DNA of 64,000 nt, taken from Cyanophora paradoxa CCMP329. Taxonomy: Eukaryota > Plantae > Glaucophyta. Under the pieces are notes generated by a model. The model was not told the origin of the DNA. It saw only the letters and a list, made by a program, of their open reading frames with translations, and ran no database searches. Position numbers and translations under genes: made by a program. The DNA lies in assembly GCA_004431415.1 (NCBI GenBank), contig QPMI01000090.1, forward strand, positions 62,001 through 126,000. Reading direction: 5' to 3'. Below are positions 48,701 through 61,200 of this stretch, in pieces; position 1 is the stretch's first letter; every line of letters starts with the position of its first letter.

Positions 48701-49480
48701 GGGTGATCATGATCGAGTTCGAATTCGCCGCGAAAAACATTAGAGCGACGGCTGGCGTTCGATCTGTGAGCGCCCGTCGCGCAGCTGTACTGCATCGCAA
48801 AGGAGTCCACGGCGCGCACCCAGGAAGGTCCGACCGCGCGCGCACGCGCTGCCATCGCAACGCCATCGCGCGTAGCACGATTTCGATTTCGATTTCGTCG
48901 ATCCAGCTCTGAAGGCGATGGCGCGCGACAACAAGCTGGATCCGGAGGCCTAAATATATATAGGACCTTACATTTGACAGCTGCTGAGTACGCGGACCGC
49001 GGTCCAGCACGCGCGCGCACGTGCACCATGCCAGCGCGCGCTAGCGTCGCGCGCGCGCGGGGCGGCCGCGACCGCGGCCGGGCCATGTCGCGCTCTGACT
49101 GCCGGAGTGCGAGGTTAATGTTCAAAATGAATTCGAAATAGCTCATCACAAAATCCCAGCGCTAGCTGAGCTCGAGCTCGAGGGCCTTACTCTGACCAAG
49201 CCTAGGCCTGAAGCTTGAATTCGAAGGCTAGCTAGCGCTGTAGCTCGAGCTAGCGATCGGATCCGGAGCCGGGGGGAGTGTACTGGCCGGCTGAGCCCGG
49301 CTCCGTGCAGCTGCTGCACGGCTCCAGCTGTGCAGCGTCGATGCGTGGGCGCCGCTGGGGCCGATGGCCGTCGTACCCCTTTCCGCGAAAAAAGTCGGCA
49401 AGCGGAACGTTGTTTTCCAGCGAGCCGGCCGCAGCGGGACGTACTCAGGACCGCACTGAGCTGAACAAGAGCCTGGCGGG

Positions 49481-51553
49481 ATGGATCTCCACGATCCAAT
49501 GGGCAGCCTGTTCCTGGGGCATGTGCCCGGGGCTATCCAAGACTCGCACGAGCATGAGCCGGATAGCACGAGCCAAGAAGGCATCACGTTGGCGGCGCGC
49601 GACGAGCTCCTGACCCAGCTGCGGGCCGGACGCGGTAAGCTCGCGCACACCCTCGCACACCAGCCGGCACTCACGCCGGCGCTGCAGGGGCGCATATGCG
49701 AGCAAGGCTGCAGCGGAGCGGCTCCATGCCGCAGTCGGCGTCGGGGCGGCGGCCGGCGCGCTACACGGAGGACGTGGAGGAGCCGGAGCCGGTCGCTGCG
49801 CCGGCGGCGACGACGAGCGCGCGGCAGCTCTCGCGGAGCGCGTCGCTGGCGATGGACGGCGGCCCGGCGAGCGCGCGGAGCCTCGCGGAGCAGGAGCTCG
49901 ACTCGGCCGTCATCTCCCCCACGATGGGCCAGGAAGCGCCCCCCGTGCGGCCCCGGCCCGCCCCGCCGGCACGCCGCCCGGGCCTCACCGGCGCCCGCGC
50001 AGGACCACCAGGAGCAGCACCCCACCTCGTCGCTCTCCGTACCCCGCACGCTGCCCTCCCAGCCCCTCGACCCCCGCAGCCTCCTCTTCTCGTGCGGCCC
50101 CGCCCTGCCCCGCCCCGCCCTACCCCGCCTCGCGGCGAGGCGGGCGCCGACGCGAGGGGCGGGGCAGCCCGCCCCCGCCGGGCGTCAAGATCCAGTGCCA
50201 GGTCGTCCGCGACCGCAGCGGCATCGGCAATCGCCTCAACCCCCAGGTGGCCCCGCGCCCGTCCCCCGGCTCGCGCCGGCTGACGGGCGGGGGGCCAGTT
50301 CTACGTGTACCTGACGGAGGGGCGGCTGTTCGCGCTGTGCGCGCGGCGGCGGCGGGAGAAGAAGGCGTCCATCTACCACGTCTCCGTCGAGAAGGACGAC
50401 CTCCGCCACCCCACCGCCTTCCTCGCCCGCGTCCTGTCCGCCCGCCGCGCGCCGCCGCTCGCAGCCGGGCGGGTGCCTGAGGGGGGCGGGCGGGGGCAGG
50501 GCGAACGCGCTGGGGACGCAGTTCACGGTGGTGGACCGGGGGTGCGAGCCGGAGGAGGTGGGGCGCCCCGAGGCGGCCGGCCAGGAGATCCGCCAGGAGC
50601 TCGCCGCCGTCATCTACGTCCGCCCCGCGCCCCCGCCCCGCCCCGCCCCGCGCGCCCCTGACGGCCCGGCCCGCGCAGGACGTGCAGCGGACGGCGCCGG
50701 GGGCGGCCCCGGGCCCCGCAGCATGACCTGCGCCATCCCCGTGGTGCCCGCGCCCCGCGCCCCGCCCCGCCCCTCCCGACGCTGCCGCGCCCAGGTGGAG
50801 CACGGGTCTCGGAGGGTCATCCGGCCCGTGCGCCTCGCCCCGCCCGCCCGCCTCCCGCCGCCGACCCGCCCGCGCGCAGGCCAGCGCCGAGGACGGCATC
50901 ATCAGCGTGCGCCGGCCGCCCCTCGCCCCCGCCGCCCGCGCGCGCCGGCCCACGCGCGGGCGGCAGCGGATGCGGCAGCGGAACACGGACGGCCTGATGA
51001 TCCTCCGCACCCTCGAGCCGAAGTGGAACCAGCGTGAGCCGATCCCCCGCCGCGCCGGGCGCGGCGGGGGCTCAGGGCGCCCCCCCGCAGAGATCAAGGC
51101 GTACTGCCTGGACTTCCAGGGGCGGGTGACGACGCCCTCGGTGAAGAACTTCCAGCTGGTGGAGAGCTCGACGGCCGAGCTCGCCGCACCCCCCGTCCTC
51201 CTCCAGTTCGGCAAGGTCCGGCCGGCGCCCCGCGGGGCCCGGGCGGGGCCGGCCGTGGAGGAGCGGGGCCGGGGCGCAGGTGGGGAAGGAGGAGTTCACG
51301 ATGGACTTCACGGCGCCCCTCTCCCTCGTCCAGGCCTTCGGCATCTGCCTGTGCGCCCCGCCCCGCCCCGCCCCGCCGCCGGGGCCCCGCGCCCCTCCCT
51401 CCCCGCTCGGCGTCGCCCTCTCACCGACCCCCCTATCCGCTCTCCGCAGATCCTCGTTCGATGAGAAGCGCGCCCTCTGCTGTCGAATCCCTCGCCCGCC
51501 CAGCCGCTGACTCACCCCTTTCCTCCCGCAGGTTACTGGATCTCAAGTAGGTA
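49481..51553 (+). CDS. Tubby-like protein
   Basis: IQCQVVRDR, ANALGTQFTV, QELAAVIY, GPRSMT, PKWNQ, YCLDFQGRVTTPSVKNFQL, LQFGK..FTMDF.APLSLVQAFGICL.SSFDEK. Confidence 0.92.
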
Positions 51554-52024
51554 AACCAGCAGTTACAGTAGACAGTTTAGAGTCGACCCATGTGACTCCA
51601 TTGCGAGTTCATTGAAGCAGCAGCACGCGCGGCGCAGGCGGGGGTGCACGTGGGGCGAGGGCGAGGGAAGGGGGGCGTGGAGATGCCGCGGGCGGGGCCC
51701 TTGGGTGCCTTCCCGTTCGTATATACGCGTGTGCCCGGCACCGACCAGCATCAAAAAGCCCCGGCCTCCAGTTGGCGACAGGGGCCGGGCCGGGCTCCTC
51801 CGATCCGAGGAGCCGGGCCCTCGGCCCTCTGCAGCTGGGGCTCGGCCCCTGGGCGGTGAGCTACCCGACCTGCCGCCCGCCAGGCTCTCCCTTCGCTGCC
51901 CGCTGTCAGCGCAGACCCAAATGCCCCTGCAGGGAAGAGGGGGCGGAGCGCACAGGTCTGGCCAGTCGAGGGAGCGTGGGCATGCCCCCGCTGTGCGCGA
52001 TAAACTTTGTCGGGCTCGCGGCGA

Positions 52025-53509
52025 TCACTTCTTGTGGCCGTGCCCCTTCGCTGAAGCGCACGGAGTGGGAACGCCGGACACAAGTAGCGAAAGCAGAGGC
52101 GGGGCGGACCCTTCCCGTGGCCCTGGCCTTCCGCGGCGGCTGCGCTCAGAAAGCCGAACCTGCGGCCGCGCCAGTCAGGGGGTGGCGGCGGGGCGAGGGG
52201 GTACCCGCGAACTTCTCGAGCGTGACGCGCGCGCGCTCGTTGATGTGCTTGAAGCGGTCGGGGCCCTGCGAGGGTTCAGGTAGCGCTGAGCTGCGCCGCG
52301 CACGCGCGCGGGCCGGGGCCGGGGCGCGGGGCGGGGCGCACGAGCTGGATGCCGCCGAACCAGCGCGTGACGACGACCAGCGCGTCCCGCACGTCCATCA
52401 GCTGCGCGCGCCGCCCCCGCGCTCGCCGGGGGTACGCGGGCGTTCGGGGGGTACGGGGCGGCGGACGACGAGGAGGGCGAGGAGCTTGTCGCCGGCGCCC
52501 GTCTCCCCGTCGTCGTCCCGCGCCTCCTCCCACTGGCTCTCCCCCACCCTGAACCGCCTGCCCCCGCCCCCGGCCCCCGTTCGCCCGCAGGCGCCGGCGC
52601 GCGAAGCAAGGCGATGGCTAACGGCCGCGCACCAGGCGGCGATGTTGTGCGTTGCGTTCGCGATCTTCTTGTCCTCGTACAGCTTCGCGATGACAGCCCG
52701 CACCTGACCCCGCGGCCGAGTCAGCGGGAGCGGAGGGCGGCCCGCTGCGCGGCCGGCGCGCCTCGTCGTCGGAGTGCACAGCGGCGACGTGCGCGACGAA
52801 CTGAGCGCCGCGTGAGCTGCGCGCGCGGCCGGAGGCGCGCGCGGCGGTGTCGGACCTTCGACTTGCGGTCGGTGATCGGGTCTCCTGTGTGGATCGGGGG
52901 GCATGGGCACCGCGGCGGCTCGGGCTGCGGCTTCGGCGGCTGCTGCCTCGCTTCCTCGCACTCTGACCTGCCGGCGCTGCCCTGGCTGGCCGTGCTGCCG
53001 CTCCGGTCCGGCGGGCTCTTCTGCTGCAGCTCCAGCCTCGCGTCCTCGTACAGCCGCGTTGCGTTCTCGCGCACCCTGCCCTACGCGTCACCCGCAATGG
53101 CCGCGGAAGCGCGACGAGCTTACCACTCAATCTGCTGAAAGAGATGCCCCTCGCCATTTGCCTCGATCGAGATAGATTGCAGGTTCTCGCATATCTTTTA
53201 TCGATCGTGCCCGCGTAAGCGAGGACCGGAGCGCGACGCGCGCTCGCGCGCGCTGACCTCCTGCAGGTCCCGCTCCCGCACCCACGAGTTCTTGTAGCGC
53301 GAGACGACGAGCGGCGCTTCCGCCGGGTAAGCGGTCGGCAGGATGAACTGCAGCGCGAGAGGCTCCGGCGGGGGCCAGCCGGCGACGCCACTTGCGTCCG
53401 GCCTGACGTTGATCTCAAACGAAGGCGGCTCGCCGGCAGCGCTCGACCCGCGCTTGAAGTCTTCGCCGTAAATGGCCTCGAGCGCCACGAACTCGTCCTC
53501 CAGGCTCAT
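52025..53509 (-). CDS. IMPACT: IMPACT/Yih1 family protein (RWD + UPF0029)
   Basis: N-terminal RWD (EDEFVALEAIY...LPTAYP), then PITDRKSKFVAH, KIANATHNIAAW, DDDGETGAG, VVVTRWFGGIQL, RFKHIN. Confidence 0.92.
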
Positions 53510-53574
53510 GGCGCGACTAGGCGATTCACCTATACCCGGCTATTCGTCAAACCTGTGTGTACCCAGCCAAGAAG

Positions 53575-55415
53575 ATGCGGCCTGCTGAGAAAGCAGCGCT
53601 GCTGTTGCTGCTGGGCCTGTGCGCAAGCCCTGCGTTCGCGTGGTGGGCTGTCGGACACCAGGTGGTGGCGGAGGTCGCGTTTCGCAACATTAAACAGTCC
53701 AGCGCCGATCGCATCGCGGAGCTTATAAAGGGTGCGACATTTTTTCCCCTTAGTCTCGTCCTTTCTCGTGTACGCGCGCCGCGCCGCCGACCAAGCGCGC
53801 GCAGTCTTTACGGACGAGTACCCGACCTTTACGTCGATATCCGACCTTGCTACATGGCCAGATGACATTAAGGAGCACGGTAGGGAAGTTCCAAAGCCTG
53901 CAGCTGCGGCGGCCCTGCTGACCGTCGGCAAGGGGTCGGCGTGTATGATGCCTGGCATTTCATCGACATCCCCATCGCCCCGGACCCCAGCTACGCCCCG
54001 AATTGCCCGCCTCAGTCCCAGAACGTCGTCTGGAGCACGAACTCGGCACGCCCTTTCCCGTGCCCTCTCCCGGCAGCAAGCCGCGCCCTCTCACGCACGC
54101 GCGCCCCCTCTGCACCAGGCGCTCTCCATCTTGAAGAGCGCCCGGGCGACGAAGTTTGAGAAGGCCACGTTCCTCAAGTGCGCCTGCGCCGGCCCCGCCC
54201 GCCCGCTGCGCGCTGCCCGCGCCGAGCTGAACGTTCCCCCTCGGCAGCTTCCTCATCCACTTCGTGGGTGCGCGCCTCCGCCGCCGCCTCGCGTGGGGCG
54301 CTCGTGCGGCTCACCGGCGCGGGCTCGCAGGCGACTCGCACCAGCCGCTCCACTGCTCCACCCTCTACAGCGCCGTGCGCCTGCAGCCCGGCGCTACGCA
54401 ATCCGCGCGGCTCCGCGCTGACACTGCACCCGGCCGCAGGACTTTCCGGATGGGGTACGCAAATTCCGAGGGTCCTCGCGATCCGCCAACCCGCCCCACA
54501 GGACCGCGGCGGCAACAAGTTCATCCTCCCAAGTGCGTCTGGCCCACGCGCCGGTACCCGTGTCCTGCTCACTCACTCCTGCAGGCGGCAACCTGCACGC
54601 GCTCTGGGACGGCGGATTCGGCCTCTTTGTCGGGTAAGGGGCGCGGGTCCCGCCGCCGGCCAGTGCCCGACCAGTAACCCGTACCCCCGCAGGCAGGCGA
54701 GGCACCCGACGGACGAGTCGACGAAGGAGCGCCTCGCGAAGATCGCCGACGACGTGACGGCCATGTACCCCCCGTCCTCCCTCGCCGCGGAGCTCGCCGT
54801 GAAGGTGGGTCCTCTCTCGTCTACCGGGGGGTGCGGGAGCGGGACTGGGCGGGGCAGGACGCGATGGAGTGGGCGAGGGGCAGCGCGGGGGTCGGGGAGT
54901 GGGCGCGGGCGGCGCTGCCCGAGGGCCGGCGCCCCTCGGGGGCCTACCTCAACGCCTCGCTCTCCGCCGTGCGGCGGCAGGCGGCCCTTGCCGGCTACCG
55001 CCTCGCCGCCGCCCTCGACGAGGCCTTCGCCGCCGAGGCCCTCGCCGTTGCGGCCGACGCGGCGGCCCGGGCGCTGCTGCGGCCCTGGCCCGAGGCGGCC
55101 GGCTCGGAGGCGGGGCGCCGGGCCCGGGCCTTCGCGGTGGGGCGCGGCCTCTCCGTCGCCGCCTTCTTCACCCTCCTCGCCGGCCTCGCCTCCTTCCGCT
55201 TCCTCCTCCGCCGCCGCCGCGCCCGCGCCCGGCGGCGGCCCGCCCGACGGCGCCCGCCCCGCACGCGCGGCCGCCCGCCCCCGCGCACCTCCTGGCGGCC
55301 CCTCGCGGAGCCGGCCGGCGCGCCCGCAACAGGAGCAGGAGCAGCAGCAGCAGCAGCAGCACAGGCACAGGACGAGGGCGGCGGCGGCGGCGGCGGGGCG
55401 GCAGCCGAGCAGTAG
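53575..55415 (+). CDS. S1/P1 nuclease, isoform A (terminal exon 54858-55415 with a C-terminal TM anchor)
   Basis: Signal peptide then mature WWAVGH, ATWPDDIK, WHFID, FLIHFVGDSHQPLH, DRGGN, NLHALWD. The terminal exon reads QAALAGYRLAAALD, then a hydrophobic stretch and RRRR. Confidence 0.8.
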
Positions 55416-55890
55416 GGCGGTCCGCAGGCGCCGCCGAATCGAACCGAACGGGCCGAACGGGCGCTCTCGAAGCTCCGCTAAGGCGGGGGTCTAGCTATAG
55501 CGCGGGGGGGCAGGCCGATGGCGAGCGGGGTCCGGGGGCGGGCTCTGACGGGGCGCTCCGGGCAGGACTTCCAGGGGTGGGCCGACGGCGTCCACAAGGT
55601 CGCCCAGGACGTGCGCCGCCCCGTCAACCGAGCCGCCTGCGCGCCCCGCGGGTCCTGTCCCCTGACGACCCCCCCCGCAGGTGGTGTACAACGGGATCCG
55701 GGAGGGGGAGAAGCCGTCGCAGGGGTACCTGGACACGGGGATCCGCACGGTGAAGCGGCAGATGGCGCTCGCGGGGTACCGCCTCGCCTCGCTCCTGGAC
55801 CAGGCCCTCGCCAACGCCGCGCCCTTGTCCGCCCACCCCCGCCGCGACGCCGCCGTCCCGCCCCTCCGCGGCCACGCCGGCGACGTCTAG
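53575..55890 (+). CDS. S1/P1 nuclease, isoform B (terminal exons 55566-55610 and 55681-55890, soluble)
   Basis: Same upstream exons. A second phase-0 acceptor gives DFQGWAD...VVYNG...QMALAGYRLASLLD, the more canonical S1/P1 C-terminus, with no TM segment. Confidence 0.85.
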
Positions 55891-56112
55891 AGCCGCGTTC
55901 GAAGTCTAGCTTTTTGTTTTGGCCGCGGCGCCGGCGGCCTCTTTGCCGTGGGGCCCCACCGGTGTTTCCGCCCTCTTTTTCTTTGCTCACTGTATAGCCT
56001 TCGTCGGTATCTCTGTAACTCATTGCCACTACTAGTGATTTGTGCGAGGGGATACGATACGTATACGGATACGGGTGCAGGCCTAAGGGCCGGGATCGCG
56101 ATCGGACGGGCC

Positions 56113-57115
56113 CTAGGCGGAGTGCTGCCGCTGCTCGGGCGTCTTGCCTCGCCTCGCCTGGAACCAGCAGACCACCTTGTACTGCGGGAGCGCGCTCATA
56201 TCAGGCCGCGGACGTCGACGGGGGGGCGGGGGATCGGGCGGGGCGGGGCGGACGTTGATGTAGCCGGTGGAGGCGAGGGTGAGGCCCCAGGCGACCCGGT
56301 GGTTCACCACCATGCTCAGCCCGTAGTTGACGACCGTGCTCAGCGCCAGGCCCCCCACGTACGCCTGCCCCCGCCCCGCCCCCACGCTTCACGCGCCGCG
56401 CGCGACCCCCGCGTCTCCCAGCGCACCGCATACATATCCACTAGGCCGCGCGCGGAGAAGGTGCGATCGAAGACTGCCGCCGCGGCCGGGCGGGGTGAGC
56501 GGGGTGTCGGCCCGGGCAGGAGGCCGAGACCGCTACGCCGGATTCGCACCGATGAGCTGATGCAGAACGTACTGCCAGGAGATGGAGAGCTGCGGAGCGC
56601 GCGCCGATGAGGCCGGGCGCTGGATTCGGCCGCACGATGGCAGGATCGGGCAGCTGCGCTTTGGGGGCGCGCGCGCACCAGGTAGCACACAGCCCACGAA
56701 AAACCGCTCGGGTTGTCGATCTTGTACTCCATCGACCCTATGCGCAGCGGGTTCGACTGCAGGTGCTGGAACATCGCTGCGCGCGCCAATCAGACCGGGC
56801 GCGGCTTCGAAGAGAGCTTTAGCTAGGCGGAGAAACCCTCACCGTCGTACTGCTCGCAGATCGGGGGGATCGCGCGCAGACCGGCGGCGCATCAACGATA
56901 TGATGAGCTGCGCGCCAGCGGTGGGGCTGGGATGGGAAGAGAAGGCGCACCGCTAGGAAAAAGAGCGCCGTGCCGATGCCACCGCTGATCTGCCGGGGAG
57001 GCGGGAACGTTGGGCGGCAGTTGGCCGATCAAATTCCGCGCCGGTCGCGCTGGCGCACCTGGAAGCGTATGAACCGCCCGGCCTCACCGCCAGCGCTCGC
57101 CGTTGCCTTTGCCAT
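56113..57115 (-). CDS. Small multi-pass membrane protein, GtrA-like
   Basis: Exons RFIRFQ-ISGGIGTALF, FSWAVCYL, VFDRTFSARGLVDMYA, AYVGGLALSTVVNY...AWGLTLASTGYIN-YKVVCW. Family assignment is from overall pattern only. Confidence 0.55.
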
Positions 57116-57393
57116 CGATTGCAGCGTGAAGCAGCAACTCATGCACTGGGCCACCAGCCAGATGGTGCGTACCCCTGTCCTCAGGTTCGGCGCGGGCTCG
57201 CGCTGCGAAACCAAAGCGCCTCGAGACCAAAACACAAGGCGCGTCGAGTGCTAGCGCTCGCTAAAGTGGAAGCCTGCAAGAGGAGCGGATGTGGGGGCCG
57301 TGACACAAGGGTAGCTTTGGCCCTCTACCCCCCAAACGATCTCCGGCAGCGATTCCGCTCTTCACTCAGAATTGCGACACAGTGAGCTGCGAG

Positions 57394-58091
57394 ATGGCCT
57401 TCGTCGCTACCGTTCCCGCCTCGGCGCGCGTGGCCAACGCGCAGGCCGTTTCGACTCGCAGCGTCTGCAGCATCGCCCGGCCGGCGCAGCCCGTCGCCTC
57501 CGCCTCCCGGAGCGAGTTCTTCGGCAGCCGTTCGGATATCGTTTTCGAGGCTCGTCATAGCATCGTTAGCCAGCCCGCCGTCCCTGCGTTCTGCACCGCG
57601 ACCACGCAGGCCGTCGCCTCCACCGAGCAGAAGGTGCGCGGTGGCGCGGCTGCGGCGCGCTCGTAGCTCCAGCGTTCTATTCAGGCGCTCGTGCTCACCG
57701 TGACGCCCGTCGGTCGCTCCTCGCAGACCTGGTACTACGTGGCGTGCTCGCGGAAGTACATGCTCGAGGAGGAGCCCACCATGGAGGTCCTCGACGAGCG
57801 TGACCGCAACTTCAAGAAGCGCGGCCTCCCGAAGGACTTCTTCCTCGTTGAGAACCCCGCTTTCCTGAACGTACGCACCGCTTGCGCAAGATTTGATTGC
57901 AGCTATCGCTGACGCGCGCCCGCGTCACGCAGAAGCCGGAGTTCGCCTCGGTCAAGGCGCAGATCCCCGGAACGCCCGTGGCCATCGTGACCGACAACCG
58001 CCAGTTCATGGTCTTCATGCGCCTCCGGCTCGAGTTCGTCGTCGAGGGCGAGTTCCAGGCCACCCAGGCCGAGGCCACCGCTCGCGCTTAA
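57394..58091 (+). CDS. ycf54: Ycf54 (Mg-protoporphyrin IX monomethyl ester cyclase auxiliary factor) with a plastid transit peptide; exons 57394-57633, 57727-57870, 57933-58091
   Basis: YYVACSRKYMLEEEPTMEVLDERDRNF...DFFLVENPAFL...FMRLRLEFVVEGEF. N-terminal MAFVATVP...SEFFGS, Ser/Ala/Arg-rich. Two GT-AG introns. Confidence 0.93.
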
Positions 58092-58210
58092 GTTCCCCCT
58101 ACTTTAAGACAGTATAATAGGTAGTAGGAGCCCCTAGGCAGCGTCCATCTCCCATTTTCAGCGCTTCCCTTCGTCTACAGTGCATATTACAACAAACAGT
58201 TTCAATGGTG

Positions 58211-61200
58211 TCACCGGGGGGCTGGTTGCATGAGGGGGGCGTACGCGTGCGCGGGCGGGGCGAGCGGAGCAGAGATGCCGTACGCGGCGGCGACGCCCGG
58301 AGCGAGGGGCGGGAGGGGCCCCGGGCTCTGCCCGTGGACGGGGCTGAACCCGAGGGGGTTGAAGGAGGCGAGCGGGTGGGCGCCGGGGGGCGAGGCGGCG
58401 GCCGCCTGCTGCCTCCTGAGCCGCTCGAGCCGCTCCGCCTCGGGCTCCGCCAGCGGCGACGCCGAGGGCCCTGGCAGCGCCCCCTCAGCGAGCCGGCCCG
58501 AGCGCGAGGCGCGGGGCGGGGCGGGGCGGGGGCGGACCGCGGGGGCGGCCGAGCTCGGCGTGGATGGCGGCGAGGGAGGCCTGCAGCTCGGCGACGCGCG
58601 CCGCCGACCCGTTCATCTGCACCCGCAGCACCTCGTCCTCCAGCTCCCGCAGCCGCTCCTCCCCCACGCCTCCCCTGCACCGCCCCGCCCGCCCGCCTCG
58701 CCCCCGGCCGGCGGCGGCGGGCGGGGCGGGGCGGGGCGCGGGGCGGGGCGCACGGGGCGGGGCGCCTGCGGAGCTCGTCGGCCTCAGCGGCGAGGGCGCG
58801 CAGCTCCTCCTCCAGCCGCTCCTCGCGCCCCGCCGCCTCCTCGATCGCCCCGTCCAGCGCCCGCATCTGCTGCACCAGGTACTCCGCCGCCCGCTTCCGC
58901 GACGACGACTGCGCCCGCCCCGCGTCACGCCGGCGCCACGGGGGCGGCAGAGAGGAGCAGGAGCAGCGGAGCTCGCCTGGCCGCTCGCGTACTCCGCGAC
59001 GAGGCCCGTGAGCTGCGAACGCGGGGGGTGCGAGCGCGGGTGAGGGCGGCGGGGGGAGGGGACGGCGGGCGCAAGCAACGCTCGCCTCGGCGATGCGGCG
59101 GTCGCGCTCCTCGAGGAGGGCCCCGAAGTGCCGCCCCTGCCTCGCCACCTGCCGCACCGCCCGGCCGCGTGAGAGGGCGGGGGAGGGCGGGGCGGGGGTC
59201 GGGGCGGGGCGCCTGCTCGCGGGCGCGGAGGGCCTCGTCGGCGCGGGCGCGGTTCTCCTGCAGCAGGGAGGACCAGCGGTAGCGCCCCTCCCGCTCCCGC
59301 CTCTCCAGCTCCTCGATGTGCCGCTGCCCCCGCCTCAGCGCCCCGACGAGACGGCTCGCGGGCGGGGCGCGTGCGCACGGCCATGAGCTCGCGCTCGCGG
59401 CCGCGCTCGGTGAGGAAGGCGTGCAGCTCGCTGGCGTCCCGACGCCCGCGCGCCCGGCGGCGGCGGCCGCTCCTCGCGGGCGCGCGCGAGCTCGCGGTCC
59501 CGCAGGGCGAGCTCCTGCCGCAGGAACGCCACCGAGCGCTCCGCCTCCGCCAGCGACCGCGCCCAGTCCCCCGGCGGCGTCGCGCCCTGCGAGCCGCCCG
59601 CCGCCGAGGCCGCCGCCCCGCAGGGGCGGCCTGGGCCTGGGCGGCCGCGGCGTCGGCGCGGGCGCTGCGGTGCGGTCAGGGCGGCAGGCGGGGCGGGGCG
59701 GGGCGGGGCGGGCCGGAGGGCCTCGAAGGCGCGGGCGATCTCGTCGAAGTGGCGCTCGGGAGGAGCCGCTCGACGCGCAGCAGCTCCGCAGCCACCGCCC
59801 CCGCCCGCTCCTGCAGCGGCCGCCCCATGATCTCCTCGCACGTCGGCGCCGAGGGGTCCCCGCCCGGCGGCCCCGCCGGCTGCTGCCCCGTCACCCGCGC
59901 TACCAGCGCGTCCGCCACGTGCCGCAGCTTCGCCGTCCTCAGCCGCAGCTGCACCGCCCCGTCCGCCACGGGGAAGAGCGCCATGTCCACCTCCCGCGGC
60001 CCGTGCCGCCCCGCCCCGGCCCCCGCCGCTGCCGAGGAGGGGCCGGCCGGGGGCGCGGGGGCGGCCGCGGGGAGCTCCTCGAGCAGGCGCGCGGCGGCGG
60101 CGGCCTGCCGGTGGTCCGTCGCCGCGTGCCTCGCCGCCTCGGCCGTGGTGTCGCCGGGGCCCACGCCGGCCCCTCCTCCCCGGGCCTCCGCGGCGTGATC
60201 CCCGAGTGCCCCGCCTCGGGCCCCGCCGCCCCCGCCGCCCCGCCGGACGTCGTGCGCCTGAGCGAGCTGCCCAGGCGGTCGTTCTTGCGCGCCGCGTTCT
60301 CGTCCTCGATCGCCTGCGCCCGCCCCGCCGGCGTCAGGCCCCCCCCGCGCCCCGCGCGGGAGGCTACCGACCTTCAGCGTCGCCTCCATGCGGTCCAGGT
60401 CCTCGCGCGCGACGCGCCCCGCGCCCGCGCCCGCGCCCGCGCCCGAGGGCCCGCCCCGCCGCCGCCCCCGGCGCTGCTCCCGCTCGCCGTGGGGTCCCGC
60501 CGGAGGGAGGTCGAGGGCCCCGCCCCGCCGGCCGCCCGCTCCGCGCCCCTGGGCGAGAAGGCCCCGCCTTCCCCCGCGGGGGCCTTCCCGGCGCCGGAGG
60601 CGGGGATGTCGATCCGCACGGGGGCTGACGCGTGCCGCCGGAAGGAGCCCTCCAGCGCCCCGCCGCTCGCCGCCGCCGACTTTGCGATCGACTCCTCCAG
60701 CGACGCTTTCTCCGGGGCTGGCACCAATGTCGAGCTGTTCTTCGGGAAGGGCGGGTACTGCACGCCCTGTGCGGCCGCGTCTGGAAGAGATCCGGGAAAG
60801 AGGAGGGAAAAGGAAACGGGGGGCGCACGGGGCGCGAGCTTGCGCCCTTCTCGGGCGAGCCGCTGGTGGCGGGGCGCGTCTTGCGGGGCGAGCGGTTCGC
60901 GGACGGCTCGGCGCCCGCGCGCCGCGGGGAGGTTTGAGGGGCCTGCAAGTTGGTCTGCGAGCGCCGGACGAGTGACGGCCCACTGGGTCCCGGATCCGGC
61001 TTCTGCCTCGAGGTGAGATTCGCCTTCGACACCGGCGCCGGAGTGACCTGCCGCGGCGGCGCGTCAGGGCGCGCCAGTAGCTAGGCGGGCCGCCGCACTG
61101 CCGGGGGCTTCTTCGTGTCGGGCTTGGAGAGCATCGCGTTAGCCTTCTTCGTCGGGGATGCGAAGTCCTTCAGCGGCTTGTCCATCGCGCTGAAGGCGCC

